NCBI GenBank assembly: GCA_026770705.1
Contig: JANJGN010000007.1
Span: 143,220,001 to 143,284,000, forward strand
DNA from: Isurus oxyrinchus
Taxonomy: Eukaryota
Length of the DNA: 64,000 bases
Reading direction: 5' to 3'
This document shows positions 13,026-26,044 of the stretch, one piece after another. The position numbers were made by a program, and so were the translations under genes. Within the stretch, counting starts at the first letter, position 1. Each line of letters opens with the position of its first letter. The notes beneath the pieces were generated by a model, which worked only from the letters and a program-made list of their open reading frames with translations, made no database searches and was not told the DNA's origin.

Positions 13026-15133
13026 AGCAGCCTTCTTGGGTGGAAGTTCTTGAATTTTGTTTTCCATTGAAACTGGAACATATCTCTTCTGTCTGACCTT
13101 GTCCTGAAAGAGCTGTGTATTTTTGAATGCAGTGATTTATGGGATTTCTGTCTGAAGGAATCACTCGGGAGCACCATGACACAAAGCTGGTCAGAAACAG
13201 TTGAAAATCCACTGAGTATTTTGAGGGCAGGTGTGAAGGAGTTGCTCCTTATATTTAACTATCTTTATTAATAGGTATGACATTGTGAAATAAAGCATTC
13301 ATTATGGCATTGTTTCACTTCTTAAATAATGCAAAACTCCAAAATAGAACACCTGTTGCCAAGATGCACTGATATGAATACCAAGGGAATTAATTAACAG
13401 TCAATTAGAGATTTTTTTTATTTTCTCTGCTGAAACTACTGCAAACAAAGGTGAAGTTCCATGGATGTTGCATGGCCTTCCCTGACAGCCCCTTTCCTGA
13501 AGTGCAAAATGTCGAGCATGTGTATAATTGTCTAACCTTATTCCACTAGGGTTTTCAATAGCTGTACGAGTGTGCACTGACACTGTCTGAAGATGCTGCT
13601 CGACTATATCTTTTGAAAACCAACTGGATAATTTGAAAAAAGAAGTCAGAAGGCCAAACGTATTTGTGTATAAGCTGATCCTTTTGTTATACAGGCTTTG
13701 GTCCCTAAAACCATAGTGCATGTCTGCTTATCTGTTGTTCTATAAACAAAAAACAGATTGATATTTTTCCCAAGTGATTTATCAAATCAGAACCATGATA
13801 ACAATCCGTCATTACATTTCTACAATGATATAAAGCCAATTCAGTATATCCATGAGGAACTGTCACACAATCTATGAAGTCACATTGGACAAGTACCTCT
13901 AGTTTTACATCTGTTCCAGTGCATTTTGTTGGCTGTGATCTGAAGTCTCAAGGCCAAGTTACATTTTTGTGTTGAGCTTAATCTCAATCCAGAACTTGGT
14001 TACTTCATATTCACTTGATGCTCACTTAAAGGAGTCAAGTCTTCCAACAATTTTGATGGCTCATGATTAAGATTTCCACATATACATTTTTATTGCTAGA
14101 TCCCTGAAGTTCCTTGGGGCACAATCCCAGCAGTTATGCTGATCCACAGTGGTTTGCGGGGCAAATGGGAAGATACCTAATTAACTTGGGGCAGTAATGG
14201 TAAGCACCACTAGGGACAAACCTTGTGCTCACCTATTGCATGTGGACACAATCCCAGCACCTATCCATTATTGAGGGAAAGGGGAGGGGAGAGGAATTGC
14301 ACAGCTTCCCACCACCTCTAGCATGTCCTCTTTCATAAGGGTCTCAGCTGATCAGCACAAAAAATGTAAGAAATTTTCCCCTTCCCTCTAAATTAGGACA
14401 AAATCAGTTTTCGAAGCGCTCCCAAGCTGTGGTGCTTAAAACATAGCAACTATATGTGAAAGACATACATATATTGAAGCTCTAGTTTGACAATAGTTGT
14501 TTCAGCATAATATAAAGACTAATAGTAAAGCAGTCCCTAGTGTGTTAAAAAACCTTGAATAAAAACATGCTTTAAAGTTCATTTCTGTAATTAGATTTTG
14601 TTTGAAAAATTCAAACAGAATGAAAGTTCCAATTTGACATTCTCGATGAATATAGTGGGGTTTTACAACACTGTTGTCCAATTGCAGTTTGATATTGATT
14701 TCCCTTGATCAAACGGGAATTTCAGTATTCACTCCAGCATCACACTGAAAACAATCTCATGAACCTGTTTAGTTTTAATTTCTACTGATATGTTTATGTA
14801 AAATTGGTCTTTGAATGACTTCACCTAAATATTTTCAATTATTATATGTGGGTTAAATCAGTTCAGATAATCTTAGAATTTTAAAGCGAACTAGATTAAC
14901 ACTTAACCAAGTGTTTATTCTGCTGTTAACTTGAGTGGTTGCCTGACAGATGGAACAGTGGGAAGTCATGGATAATATGTGAGAAGGCAGCTATTTTTCT
15001 GCACAATGTCATCATTATCTTCGAGGCCCTGAAGAGGGAGAAATGTGTAAAGGAGGGACAAATATGGTTGGGGAGGGGTTGGGAAAACATTATTCTGTGG
15101 GCTAACATCAATTTTATCATCATTTCTCATCAG

Positions 15134-15322
15134 ACTCTCTTGAAAAACATGCACATGCAGCTTAACCAATCATTCATCTTCAAGCAGTACTTTCCCAAGC
15201 GCCACAGAAGCTCCTCCTCACCCTACCTGACAAGCATGTTCATTAAGAGTAGTAAGCGTCCCAGATCCAGAGATCACAAATGGCACAAACATGTTCAGAC
15301 TGCATTAACCAATCAAACTGAG
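15134..15322 (+). other. Candidate internal exon (189 nt, phase 0-0), product unrecognised
   Basis: TTTCTCATCAG acceptor, GAG|GTAAGT donor, and 63 open codons. No recognisable homology. Confidence 0.2.
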
Positions 15323-18300
15323 GTAAGTGTCTGTGCTTTGCGCTGCCAAATCTATTTCCCTGCTGCCTGTCTCTAATCAGGTAGGTAATGGACACTGGGC
15401 CAGACTGGTGGTGTTCCAGCCTGTCCTTTGGGAAGATGCTTTATTGTCAGGTCCCTGATGACCCCCCCAGTCCCCATGTTCAGCCCCATCTCCTTTCAAT
15501 TGTTTCATCAGCCAAAAGCCGGTTTCTCACACCCGGTAAGTGACAAGCCTCAGACTCCTGCTGACTGGATAATCAAAGCCTTGTCAGACCTGTCAATATC
15601 CTGCAGATAGGATAGGACATGGTGAGGAGAAGTATCTGAAGCAGCCACACTCTTCACAGCTCCCACGGAAAAATACGATGCAAAAAACATGAGTAAACGC
15701 AACTGGCTGCACTTAATGTTTGTCATAAGGAGGGATTAATCGATTGTACTCCACTGGGACCCAGAACACACAGGCTTCTCTGCTTAGTTAAGAATCTATC
15801 CACTTCTAAATCATGACCCTGATATAGTTTATAAGCCTTGATTTCCTGGATTATATGTAGCCTCACCTTTAATACTCCATGGGTCACTTCTAGTCCCATT
15901 AAACAATCCTTTCATCCAGGATTTTTGATAAAAATTTAAAAATAAATTTAGTAGAAAGAAAAGCTAACAAAATCTTTTCTTGTGTTTACTCCTCAAGGAT
16001 TGTTGTGTTTGTTTTTAATCATTTAAAATGTGAGTAGCCTGGTACATTTCCAGTTCTTTTATCGCACCAGCCAACATTCCCAAGCATCTGATGTGTTAAA
16101 GTGTTGTAAACTACATATGTAAATGATCTTTACTGTATGTTCAAAAGGTCATTGCTCATTTTTGGAAAAATCCAAAAATTCATCAATATTGCTGAAAAAT
16201 TAACAGATGAAACAAAAATTCCTTGGAAAAAACAGACTGTTCGGTCTGTGAGGGTAATAGCAATTAATGACATGAACATAATTACATATTGAATAATCCT
16301 GGGTGGTTGTGGGTGTAGCACAGTGCATTTGCAGCCTTTGGCTGGCTTATTTTGATGAAATGTGATGGTTTTACTGAGATGCAGTGTATGAATAGTTTGT
16401 CATAATAAGCAGAATATACAGGCTGAGCAGACTACACAGGTGAGCAGACAATGACAGTACTTATAATTAAAAAGATGGATGAATGACATCAGTAGACAAA
16501 AATTACAGGTTTATTCTAGTGCACATCCTGACATCAGAACCAGAAAAATACACAACTATTTTCCTAAAATATACCATAGGTTTAATCCTGCTGCATAAAT
16601 CTTATAATCCATTAGTGGTAAATGGATCTGAATTATTTGAAAACATCTCATTTTAAACTCTTTCCACTGCAGAGTATAAGATGATGCAGTTGTGACTTGT
16701 TTTTATTCAAATAATCTCTTAAGATCCTTTATTCATAATGTTTAATGCTACATCTCTGACATTTTATTTCACTATTGCAGATGGTGTGTCAACAAACACC
16801 TCAAATGAGTTACTCTCAGACCTATGTGAGTTCAATTAATGTTAAAGATAGAGGTTACACAGATTGCAGGGCAAATGGCAGGAAGGCCCTGAGTCTACCT
16901 TATTTATATTATAGAATTGAATCTGGGTTCAATCTGGTGTCATTCTTGCCAAAGTAACATAAAACCAATATAAAAATGCACCACTAGGATTCATGTCTCC
17001 ATAACTGGCTTTACACCAGACTGTGGTCAGTGTAAGCATTTAAAAGGTATTCTCAGGATTCTCTGCCATTAGTAATGATATCAAGGGGAGATGTAAGGTT
17101 CGAATGTCTCCATCTCATGTTACGTCACATTCATGCCCATGTATGCCCCTGTCAGTGGTCAAAGATGTCCTGCACTCATTGTCACCTCAGTCACATTAAT
17201 TCAGAGTTACTTCAGCTGCTAATGTAAAGAAAGTAAAAGTTGGCTTGGAGAAAGTACAACCTGTAAAAGCATTTCTGTACTATATGGTTGCAGACAAATC
17301 CCAGGCCATTAGCATTGCAAAACACACCCCTATTGCAATGCTCTTTCCCAGCTGTCTCCTAGCTCAATTACAGCAGCCTGCTCTGCTGCCAACCATCTAC
17401 CATCACAGAAAATCTAACAAATTCTGGGAAATATGAAAGGTTTTGATATAATTTTATAGTGTGGGTGCGTTTCTCTTTTTACATCGTCTTATTTATTCCA
17501 TGATTCAAATTTGCTGAATATTTCACTAGAATTCACTGAACAGTGCCCTATCACATTGTTATACACAGTGATCAGAAACATGCTGGCATTTTTCCAAAAC
17601 AATTGAAAGTGTCAAAATATAATTGCATGCTGAAAACGCAAGCAATGTGTGGTGAAATGATCAGAGACCAATAGATGGTCAAAGGTCATCACTGTCTCCT
17701 GTTCAGAAATAGAAACTTTAAGATGGATTTTTTTAATATCTGCATATTGAATAGGAAAATCCAGGTTTCTTTCTCCGTACAGATTTGCTTACAGGACACT
17801 ATGAAAGCAGAATGGCAACATTTTTAATGTTGCTGTTGTGTGTTGTTATTTTCTCACCATTTATAAAGTAGAAATAGTCCCCTATTCTAGACCAGTGTGG
17901 AAAACCTAATAAAGATTCCAACTTGTGACAAAAGACAGAAAGCTTCTTGGAATTTCAAAAAAATATAACAAGTGGAAGTCTAGTTCGCTCTGCTATTACT
18001 GGGTTTGAGATCAGTCTGTTTCCCTGGCTCAGCACTTGAATGGTTACCCTGGGATATCAAAGTGTTTTAAGGGAAAGATCATCTCACTCTGTTACAAGTA
18101 TTGCTTTTAGGAACAATGTCAATAGCCTAGCCCACCACCTCCCTTGTTTTAGGCATCTGTTTAGAGTTATTAACTTGAACAATTTACAACTCAGCAGCTG
18201 TAAAGGTAAGGATGAAAATGGGTCCCTTTATGTTTGGTGTACTTAAACCAAAATACTGATCTTCAATGCATCATTAACAGAACAAGCTTCCGTAGAAATT

Positions 18301-20377
18301 AATCAAGCAGGCTGCTACCATATAAAAATAACAATGTACCGATATGGGGCATATAAAAAACACAGGAAAATATTTTTCAGGCTAATATTTTGGACACCTA
18401 AGCTACCATATTGAATGTAATGGGTATGTATGCATCACAAAATGGGGTTAATTTAACATTTTATAGCATAACATTTACAATCTTTTGAAATATTATAGAC
18501 ATTTTTGAAGAAGCAGTTTGTCTTACTAAAGTGTCTTGCAGGATACATTTTACCAGTTTCTGTATCATTGTATTTCTAAACTAATTTTAAATTGTGATGT
18601 GGGAGAAGGAATTGCTCTGGTTACTGAATGCAGCGACATTGTAAATGTATTCAATAAGAACATAATTACAATTTCACTACATACAGCGACAAAAGCCATT
18701 CCTTCCTATCATCTTGCCAACAAAATCATTGCAGAAGGTCACGTTCCAACATAAGCTCACTCTAGTGGTCAATATTGGCAATGAACTGAGTTTTCAGAAA
18801 AGACATTTCTGGCTGAACAAGCCTGAAACCTCCTATTACGTGACAGTCTCTAAATCAGATCACAGTTGAAATCAAAATTGAATTGTTCTTCATATATTAG
18901 CTGTACCATTTTGATTTCTGTGGGGTGGTAGAAGCTTTCTGAATGATATCATCACACCCAAGGAAGGAGGATGTACTAGTGAGGTTACATCTTTAGATTA
19001 ATTCAGAAATAACTTCCATCAAAATTCAGATAATTCAAATCAAAAGTCCCTCAGGTGCTAAATTTATATCTTGAATGGGTTGGTTGGAGGGCAAGGAGCA
19101 ATTGCATAGACAGCTAAAAATAAGGTACCACGGGATTGGGGTCCTTCACATCGCCTTTTAAGTGAACTTTGTCATTTTGGATTTGTGTAAATCTTACTGG
19201 GACCAAAAGTGAAGCATATTTGAGGAGTATAGACAAAATTATAATTTACAGATTTCAAGTTTTTCACCAAATCATTCTAATTCTTATTCTCTATGGTTAC
19301 AATAGCATTGGGTGAATTGCCAATTGGTGATCTGAATCAGGCAGCAGCTCTTCAGCATTTGGACAGAGGCCTAATGAAGCTCGTATTGAAAAGTGAGTTG
19401 ACCAAAACTGGAAGTGATGTTGAATCGTTTTCAATATCAGGCTCTCTGATTTATAATTTGACAGCATAATTCCTTTTATCAAATCTCTAATGACCTCATC
19501 GAGAAACATTGCTTTGCTTGCTTTAGATGGTGTTTAACATGAGTTATCTGCAGAAGAATTCATTGTTTGCTAGTTATTCAGGGTTAACTAAGCAATAAAG
19601 AAAAATATAAATTTAACTAGGTGTCTATCCAGTCACCAACTGTAATTAGTCGATGTGTTGTGGTCCAAGGAAAATGTATCTGTGCGACGTTCTGTGACAT
19701 TGCTTCGAAACAGTGATCAACAGCAGTTCAGAGATTTCAGAACTTCTACCTGTCACTGCGCTTCTTCAATTGATCGTTTTAAAGTGCTGCTGCCAGAACT
19801 AGAGATAAAGGCTGCAAATGATAAAATAAACCTTGTCTCCTTTTGTGTCACCACTTTTTTTTGTTTCAGTACATAATACTAAGAATGAAAACATTACAGT
19901 TTTCTAACCTCCAATCGATTGCTGTACCTTTGTGAATGGAACCAAACTTGAGAATGAATTCACTGGCCACAAAACTCGGTTGTGAAGCGCCCATATATTC
20001 AGCCTACAGTGGCCATTTCGGGTCCAAAATGTCGCCCATGCTCTGTGCACACTTCTGATGTGGGCCACACCAGATGTCATTTTGGATAGATTCTTACCCC
20101 AGGTCCTGGGAGTGTGCACTGAAAATATGCAGTCTGGCTGGCCATGGTGACAGTCAGCATGCAGCACGGCTTGGACTCTAGTGGCGCCATTTTCAACCTC
20201 AATGTTTCAGTTAATGCCCCCCCCCCAGAAGGCAAAACAAACAGTTTGGACCATTACTTTTATTTGCCAGTTCCATTTTTAAGGTATACAAGACCAGTTC
20301 GGTTCAGTGTCCTTATTTCCCAGTTTTTACTGGTTTTTTTGTTCTGGGCTCTCTTAACCTTGTATACATGAGCATGT

Positions 20378-22689
20378 TGTCTGGTGCACTGACCTCTACC
20401 TTGCGGAGGCTGAGCGTCAACTCGCAGACACTTCCTCCTACCTCTCCCTGGACCATGACCCCACCACTGAACATCAAGCCATTGTTTCCAGGACTGTCAC
20501 TGACCTCATCTCCTCTGGGGATCTTCCTCGCACAGCTTCCAACCTGATAGTCGCCCAACCTTGGACGGCCCGCTTCTATCTCCTATCCAAAATCCACAAA
20601 CAGAACTGTCCCGGTAGACCGATCATCTCAGCTTGCTCCTGCCCTACAGAACTCATTTCTCGTTATCTTGACTCCCTTCTCTCTCCCCTTGTCCAGTCCC
20701 TTCCCACCTACATCCGTAATTCCTCTGACACCTTACGTCACATCAACAATTTCCAATTCCCTGGCCCCAACCGCTTCCTCTTCACCATGGACGTCCAATC
20801 CCTCTACACCTCCATCCCCCACCAGGATGTTCTGAGGGCCCTTAGCTTCTTCCTCGAACAGAGGCCTGAACAATCCCCATCCACCACTACTCTCTTCTGT
20901 CTGGCTGAACTTGTTCTCACACTGAACAATTTCTCCTTCAACTTCTCTCACTTCCTCCAAATAAAAGGTGTGGCTATGGGTACCCGCATGGGCCCCAGCT
21001 ATGCCTGTCTCTTTATGGGGTATGTGGAACATTCCTTGTTCCAGTCCTACTCCGGCCCCTTCCACAACTCTTTCTCCGGTACATCGAAGATTACTTCGGT
21101 GCTGCTTCATGCTCTCATCAGGACTTGGAAAAATTTATTAATTTTGCTTCCAATCTCCACCCCTCCATCATTTTCATGTGGTCCATCTCTGACACTTTCC
21201 TTCCCTTCCTTGACCTCTCAGTCTCAATCACTGGTAATAGACTGTCCACCAATATCCATTACAAACCTACCGACTCCCACAGCTACCTTGACTACAGCTC
21301 CTCACACCCCGCTTCCTGTAAGGACTCCATCCCATTCTCTCAGTTCCTTCGCCTCCGTCGCATCTGTTCCGATGATGCTACCTTCAAAAACAGTTCCTCT
21401 GACATGTCTTCCTTCTTCCTTAACCGAGGTTTTCCACCCACGGTCGTTGACAGGGCCCTCAACCGTGTCCGGCCCATCTCCCGCGCATCCGCCCTCATGC
21501 CTTCTCCTCCCTCCCAGAAACATGATAGGGTCCCCCTTGTCCTCACTTATCACCCCACCAGCATCCGCATTCAAAGGATCATCCTCCGCCATTTCCGCCA
21601 ACTCCAGCATGATGCCACCACCAAACACATCTTCCCTTCACCCCCCTATCAGCATTCCGTAGGGATCGTTCCCTGCGGGACACCCTGGTCCACTCCTCCA
21701 TCACCCTCTACTCCTCAACCCCCTCCTATGGCACCACCCCATGCCCACGCAAAAGATGCAACACCTGCCCCTTCACTTCCCCTCTCCTCAGCGTCCAAGG
21801 GCCCAAACACTCCTTTCAAGTGAAGCAGCATTTCACTTGCATTTCCCCCAACTTAGTCTACTGCATTCGTTGATCCCAATGTGGTCTCCTCTACATTGGA
21901 GAGACCAAACGTAAACTGGGCGACTGCTTTGCAGAACACCTGCGGTCTGTCCGCAAAAATGACCCAAACCTCCTGGTGGCTTGCCGTTTTAACACTCCAC
22001 CCTGCTCTCTTGCCCATATGTCTGTCCTTGGCTTGCTGCATTGTTCCAGTGAAGCCCAACGCAAACTGGAGGAACAACACCTCATCTTCCGGCTAGGCAC
22101 TTTACAGCCTTCCGGACTGAATATTGAATTCAACAACTTTAGGTCTTAAGCTCCCTCCTCCATCCCCACCCCCTTTCTGTTTCCCCCTTCCTTTTGTTTT
22201 TTCTAATAAATTATTTGGATTTTTCTTTTCCCACCTATTTCCATTATTTTTAAATATTTTTAAATCTTTTATGCTCCCCCCATCTCCACTAGAGCTGTAC
22301 CTTGAGTGCCCTACCATCCATTCTTAATTAGCACATTCGTTTAGATAATATCACCACCTTTAACACCTATGTGTTCTTTTGTGCTGTTGTCTGAGACATT
22401 TTTTGATGATCTGCTTCTATCACTGCTTTTACCTACAACCACACCACCCCCTCCACTTCTCTCCCTTCACCAAAACCCCCACCACCACCCCCCCAAACCC
22501 CACACACCTTAACCCAGCTTATATTTCACCCCTTTCTTGGATTCACTCAAGTTCTGTTGAAGGGTCATGAGGACTCGAAATGTCAACTCTTTTCTTCTCC
22601 GCAGATGCTGCCGGACCTGCTGAGTTTTTCCAGGTAATTCTGTTTTTGTTTTGGATTTCCAGCATCCGTAGATTTTTTGTTTTTATATA
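20378..22689 (+). mobile_element. Penelope-like retroelement (Neptune-like), 5'-truncated: RT, Cys linker, GIY-YIG endonuclease, 3' UTR
   Basis: MDVQSLYTSIPHQ, KGVAMGTRMGPSYACLFM, CPRKRCNTCPF linker and VYCIR*SQCGLLYIGETKR, with few disruptions. 15-bp TSD TATACATGAGCATGT at 20363-20377 and 22690-22704. Confidence 0.93.
22548..22590 (+). ncRNA. Minimal type I hammerhead-ribozyme-like motif in the Penelope 3' region
   Basis: agtt-CTGTTGA-A-GGGTC-atgag-GACTC-GAAA-tGTC-aact. Stems I and II pair, but the core deviates from CUGANGA. Confidence 0.6.
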
Positions 22690-22929
22690 TATACATGAGC
22701 ATGTGTTCAGCAACAGGAATGACCCTTCATCAGCGCTATTTAATGGAATCATCAGCCACTTTCAGGTTATCTTGATTGATTTCTACTGGAGGTTGCTGTG
22801 TTTGTAGACGTGATTGGAGGTTTATTATTGCTGTTCAAAGTTGGTGAAATCTATAGGGAGTGGCATGGCACATGGTATATGTCTTGGTTCTCACTTCAGA
22901 GGTTTTACCGACTACTTGCTCCCAGTCAT

Positions 22930-24200
22930 CCATGCTGTAGTTTCAACCCCCCTTAACCTGCAGCAAGCGTGACAAAGGGATTGAGCATAGCAACACAGAG
23001 GAGGACAAGCTGCTCAAAGAGGGAGGAGGAGGAGGGGAAGATGTACTCTTAGTAGGAGGCCATATCTACCAAGGGTTTTAAGGGCACATTTCCCCTATCC
23101 CAACCTCAGTGAGGAATGGTGTGTACAATGTGCCTAATTTATTAAGGAAGAGTTTATTGAAATTTGATACAAATTGCAGGGACGTCTTCAGCCTTGGAGC
23201 AGGACAAGGATGGCATTGCCAGTGGCTGTAAAGATGACTGGGGCCTTGGACTTCTTTATGTTCATCTCTTATCAGGCATGAGCAGGGCACATCTTCAACA
23301 TCTTGCAGTACACTGTCTACTGTTGTATAAGGAAGCTGACTGATGCTCTGTATGCAAAGATATGGGAATATATTACATTCTCTCTTTCCAGGGAAAAGCA
23401 GGTGGAACAAGCATGTCACTTCCCCATGGCACAGGGTGCAACTGACTGCACACAGATTGCTTCGTGGGCACTTCATAGAACTTCTAAAATGTATCATAAC
23501 CACAAAGGATTCCCTTCCCTCAATATCCAGCTGGCATGCAACCTTACTCAGTACATCCTGTATGTCACTGCCCAGTATCCTGGCAGCAGCCATGATGACT
23601 TTATTCTCTGGCAGTCTGCTGCACCATCAGTATTTAAGCCATCACACGAAACTGGAGGGTAGCTACTGGGTGACAAGGAGTATCTGTGACCACCTGACTC
23701 ATGGCTCTGGTATGCAACCCATGCACATGTGGGCAGCATGCATATAATGCAGAAGAGAGCCAGGCTGCCTCATGAAATGCCATTGAACAGACCATTAGCA
23801 TGTTTAAGCAACACTTATACTGCCTAAAAACAAAACAAAACTGCGGATGCTGGAAATCCAAAACAAAAACAGAATTACCTGGAAAAACTCAGCAGGTCTG
23901 GCAGCATCGGCGGAGAAGAAAAGAGTTGACGTTTCGAGTCCTCATGACCCTTCTGTCGAAGGGTCATGAGGACTCGAAACGTCAACTCTTTTCTTCTCCG
24001 CCGATGCTGCCAGACCTGCTGACTTATACTGCCTGAACTGCTCTGGAGGAGCCCTGCAGTTCTCAATAGAATGTGTAACGATTTGTTGTAGTCTGCTGTG
24101 CCCTGCTAAAGCTACCATCCTGAAGACATAGCCCAGGCAGCCAGGTATATAGTGTGCAGCTGAGGAGGAGGCGGGAGAGGAAGACCAACACATCCCTTTT
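22930..24200 (+). pseudogene. Harbinger DDE transposase (HARBI1-like) pseudogene
   Basis: ALPVAVKMTGALDFF, QGATDCTQI, HKGFPSLNIQLAC, YPGSSHD, LLGDK and IEQTISMFKQHLYCL|NCSGGALQF. Contains stops and frameshifts. Confidence 0.88.
23826..24022 (-). mobile_element. Penelope 3'-terminal mini-insertion with inverted duplication (65-bp perfect hairpin)
   Basis: Near-identical to 22554-22685. Arms 23889-23953 and 23958-24022, loop TGTC. TSD ACTTATACTGCCT at 23813-23825 and 24022-24034. Confidence 0.9.
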
Positions 24201-24671
24201 TGGCTGGGCTATCTGTATTCAGCTCATTTAACTGCAGCACTGGTGAACGCTGCCCCAGTTCACCATTCACTAACAGCCCCACACCTTACCCTCCTTCTGA
24301 TACTGACTATCACAGAACCCCTTGGCTACAATGCTGGAATGAAAAATATCACCAAACAAATATTCTAAATTAATTTAATCAATCAAACCGTCCAATATTC
24401 CCTACAAATATCAACTAATCAACTTTGTTCATGCCCTCCATGTGCCTTAGTCTGACCTAGTGCTGCTATGCAGTGCTTCCCCAGGGGCTGTAGCATGGCT
24501 GGTGGGGGGTTGCCAACTTCATATGGAGGGGCAAACTGCAGATTGTCTTGCAGGATGACCTCAGGCAGCTCTGGGCCTCGGAGGCTTGACTTCAGGCTGC
24601 ACCAACTTGGCATGGGTAGCAGTGAATCTGTGCTCGCTAGCTGACAGACAACAGCAAGGGCACCAGCAGAG

Positions 24672-24735
24672 TGGGAGTGGGGGGCGGGGGGTGGGGGGTG
24701 GGGGGGAGGGGCGGGGATGGTGGTGGAGAGGGGGA
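24672..24735 (+). repeat. G-rich low-complexity tract (G-quadruplex-capable)
   Basis: More than four runs of 3 or more G with short spacers. Confidence 0.6.
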
Positions 24736-25621
24736 ATGCTCTCAGCCCGAGAGAAGATAGCAGATTCATGCTGCACAGAGCTATTGTCACTCACCCAGAG
24801 TGACATCCTAGCAATTGTTGGAGGACAGCTGGGCTGTTGTGAGACTCTGGGAGGCCCTGGGAATACCATGGCAGCATTCAGAGCATGCGTGGCAGCAAGT
24901 TGCACTTTTCATGACAACAAGCTAAGTGTGGATGACCTCAGCCTGGGCTTCCGCTGCAGTGTTCAGTTGCTGCTTGTGCTGTAATGGAAACTGAGATATT
25001 GACCATCAAATGCCGCATTATGGCTGTTTCCACAGAAGTGCGAGTGGAGTTGCTCACCACTTCTTTACTGGAAAGGGTAGGCTGCAGGCTCTGTGCAAAG
25101 CCTTGTGTAAGGTTAATGCCAGGCTCCTCCTTGTTCCTTTGTAGTAACTGCAGACTCTCTCGCAGGCCTGCCAATATATAAAGCATTTTTGTGTGCATGC
25201 CCATCAGCCTTTTCCTGTACACTAAACCATCAAAGTCCTCATCTGAGTCTTCTGGAACAGAACCCGTGTGCAAACTTGCCCTCAGTTGAGCTTGCATTGG
25301 CCCTTCTCCCTGTCCTAGTTGCAGGTCACTCATGCCCTATAACCCAACATATGCAGATCCCGCCCCTAAGCTGCCCTCTAAAGAATGCACTGTTTCAGTA
25401 TCTGAGCTGGCGGTTGCAAGTGTGAGAAAAAGTTATGACATTTCTTCATCATCAGTTTCTTCTTCCTCTTCCACATCTTGCTCTTGCATCACTGCCTGGT
25501 CAGGTTGCAATTCTTTGGTATCTGCAAGGAAAAAGTCACAAGGGTAAGATTTTAGTGAGGTGGAGGTGGGGGATGTAAGGAGGAAAAAAGCAAGAAGTGT
25601 ATGTTTACACCATCGGAAGCT

Positions 25622-26025
25622 TGTGAAGTTCATAGTATATTAATTATATTCTTTATATTGCTAGGAGACACTGGTGAAGGGCATTGTTTAATTAAGTGCT
25701 TTGATCATATATAAACAGGGGACAGTTGGGACACTGGGGTTGGAGGAGAGGTATGAAGACTGAACAAAGTCAATAAACTCTCTTGGTGACAAAAATTTCT
25801 ATGTCTTGGTTTTGACTTCATAACATTTAAGAAGTATTTGGATGTGCATTTGCAATGCCATAGCATGCAAGGCTATGGGCCTAGTGCTGGAAAATGTGAC
25901 TAGAATGGTTAGTTACTTGTTTCACCGGTACAGAATCCATGGGCTGAAGGGCCTTTTCCTGTGCTGTAGACCTCTATGACTCTATGGCTCTATGACTTCA
26001 CCAACCATCTTGTATTTTGCTAACA
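25622..26025 (+). mobile_element. 5' LTR of a Copia-type retrotransposon
   Basis: TATATAAA (~25708), AATAAA (~25772), and a ...CTAACA end immediately before a PBS. 5' boundary uncertain. Confidence 0.65.
25821..25992 (+). mobile_element. CR1 3' tail fragment inserted in the LTR
   Basis: gggctgaagggcc...ctgtgctgtagac(ctctatga)n tail. TSD TGACTTCA at 25813-25820 and 25993-26000. Confidence 0.85.
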
Positions 26026-26026
26026 T

Positions 26027-26044
26027 TGGTAGCAGAGAATGGTT
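26027..26044 (+). promoter_or_regulatory. Primer-binding site complementary to initiator tRNA-Met
   Basis: TGGTAGCAGAGAATGGTT matches TGGTAGCAGAGGATGGTT (reverse complement of the vertebrate tRNA-iMet 3' end) at 17 of 18 positions. Confidence 0.85.

Larger units (their letters stand above)
19949..25621 (+). mobile_element. Decayed autonomous-type Harbinger transposon, interrupted by two Penelope insertions and truncated by an LTR
   Basis: HARBI1-like transposase on + (~22930-24200) converges with a partner ORF on - (24420-25620) that is homologous to the 36640-37330 region. Left end approximate. Confidence 0.7.

Noticed and set aside
16130-16321. Hydrophobic 63-aa minus-strand ORF as a membrane-protein exon
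   Set aside because: Explained by T-rich composition; weak donor and no homology.
23800-24066. Mirror-image ORFs on both strands
   Set aside because: Artefact of the 65-bp inverted repeat.
22930-24200. Host HARBI1 gene
   Set aside because: Stops, frameshifts, a Penelope insertion and several paralogous copies show it is a dead transposon.
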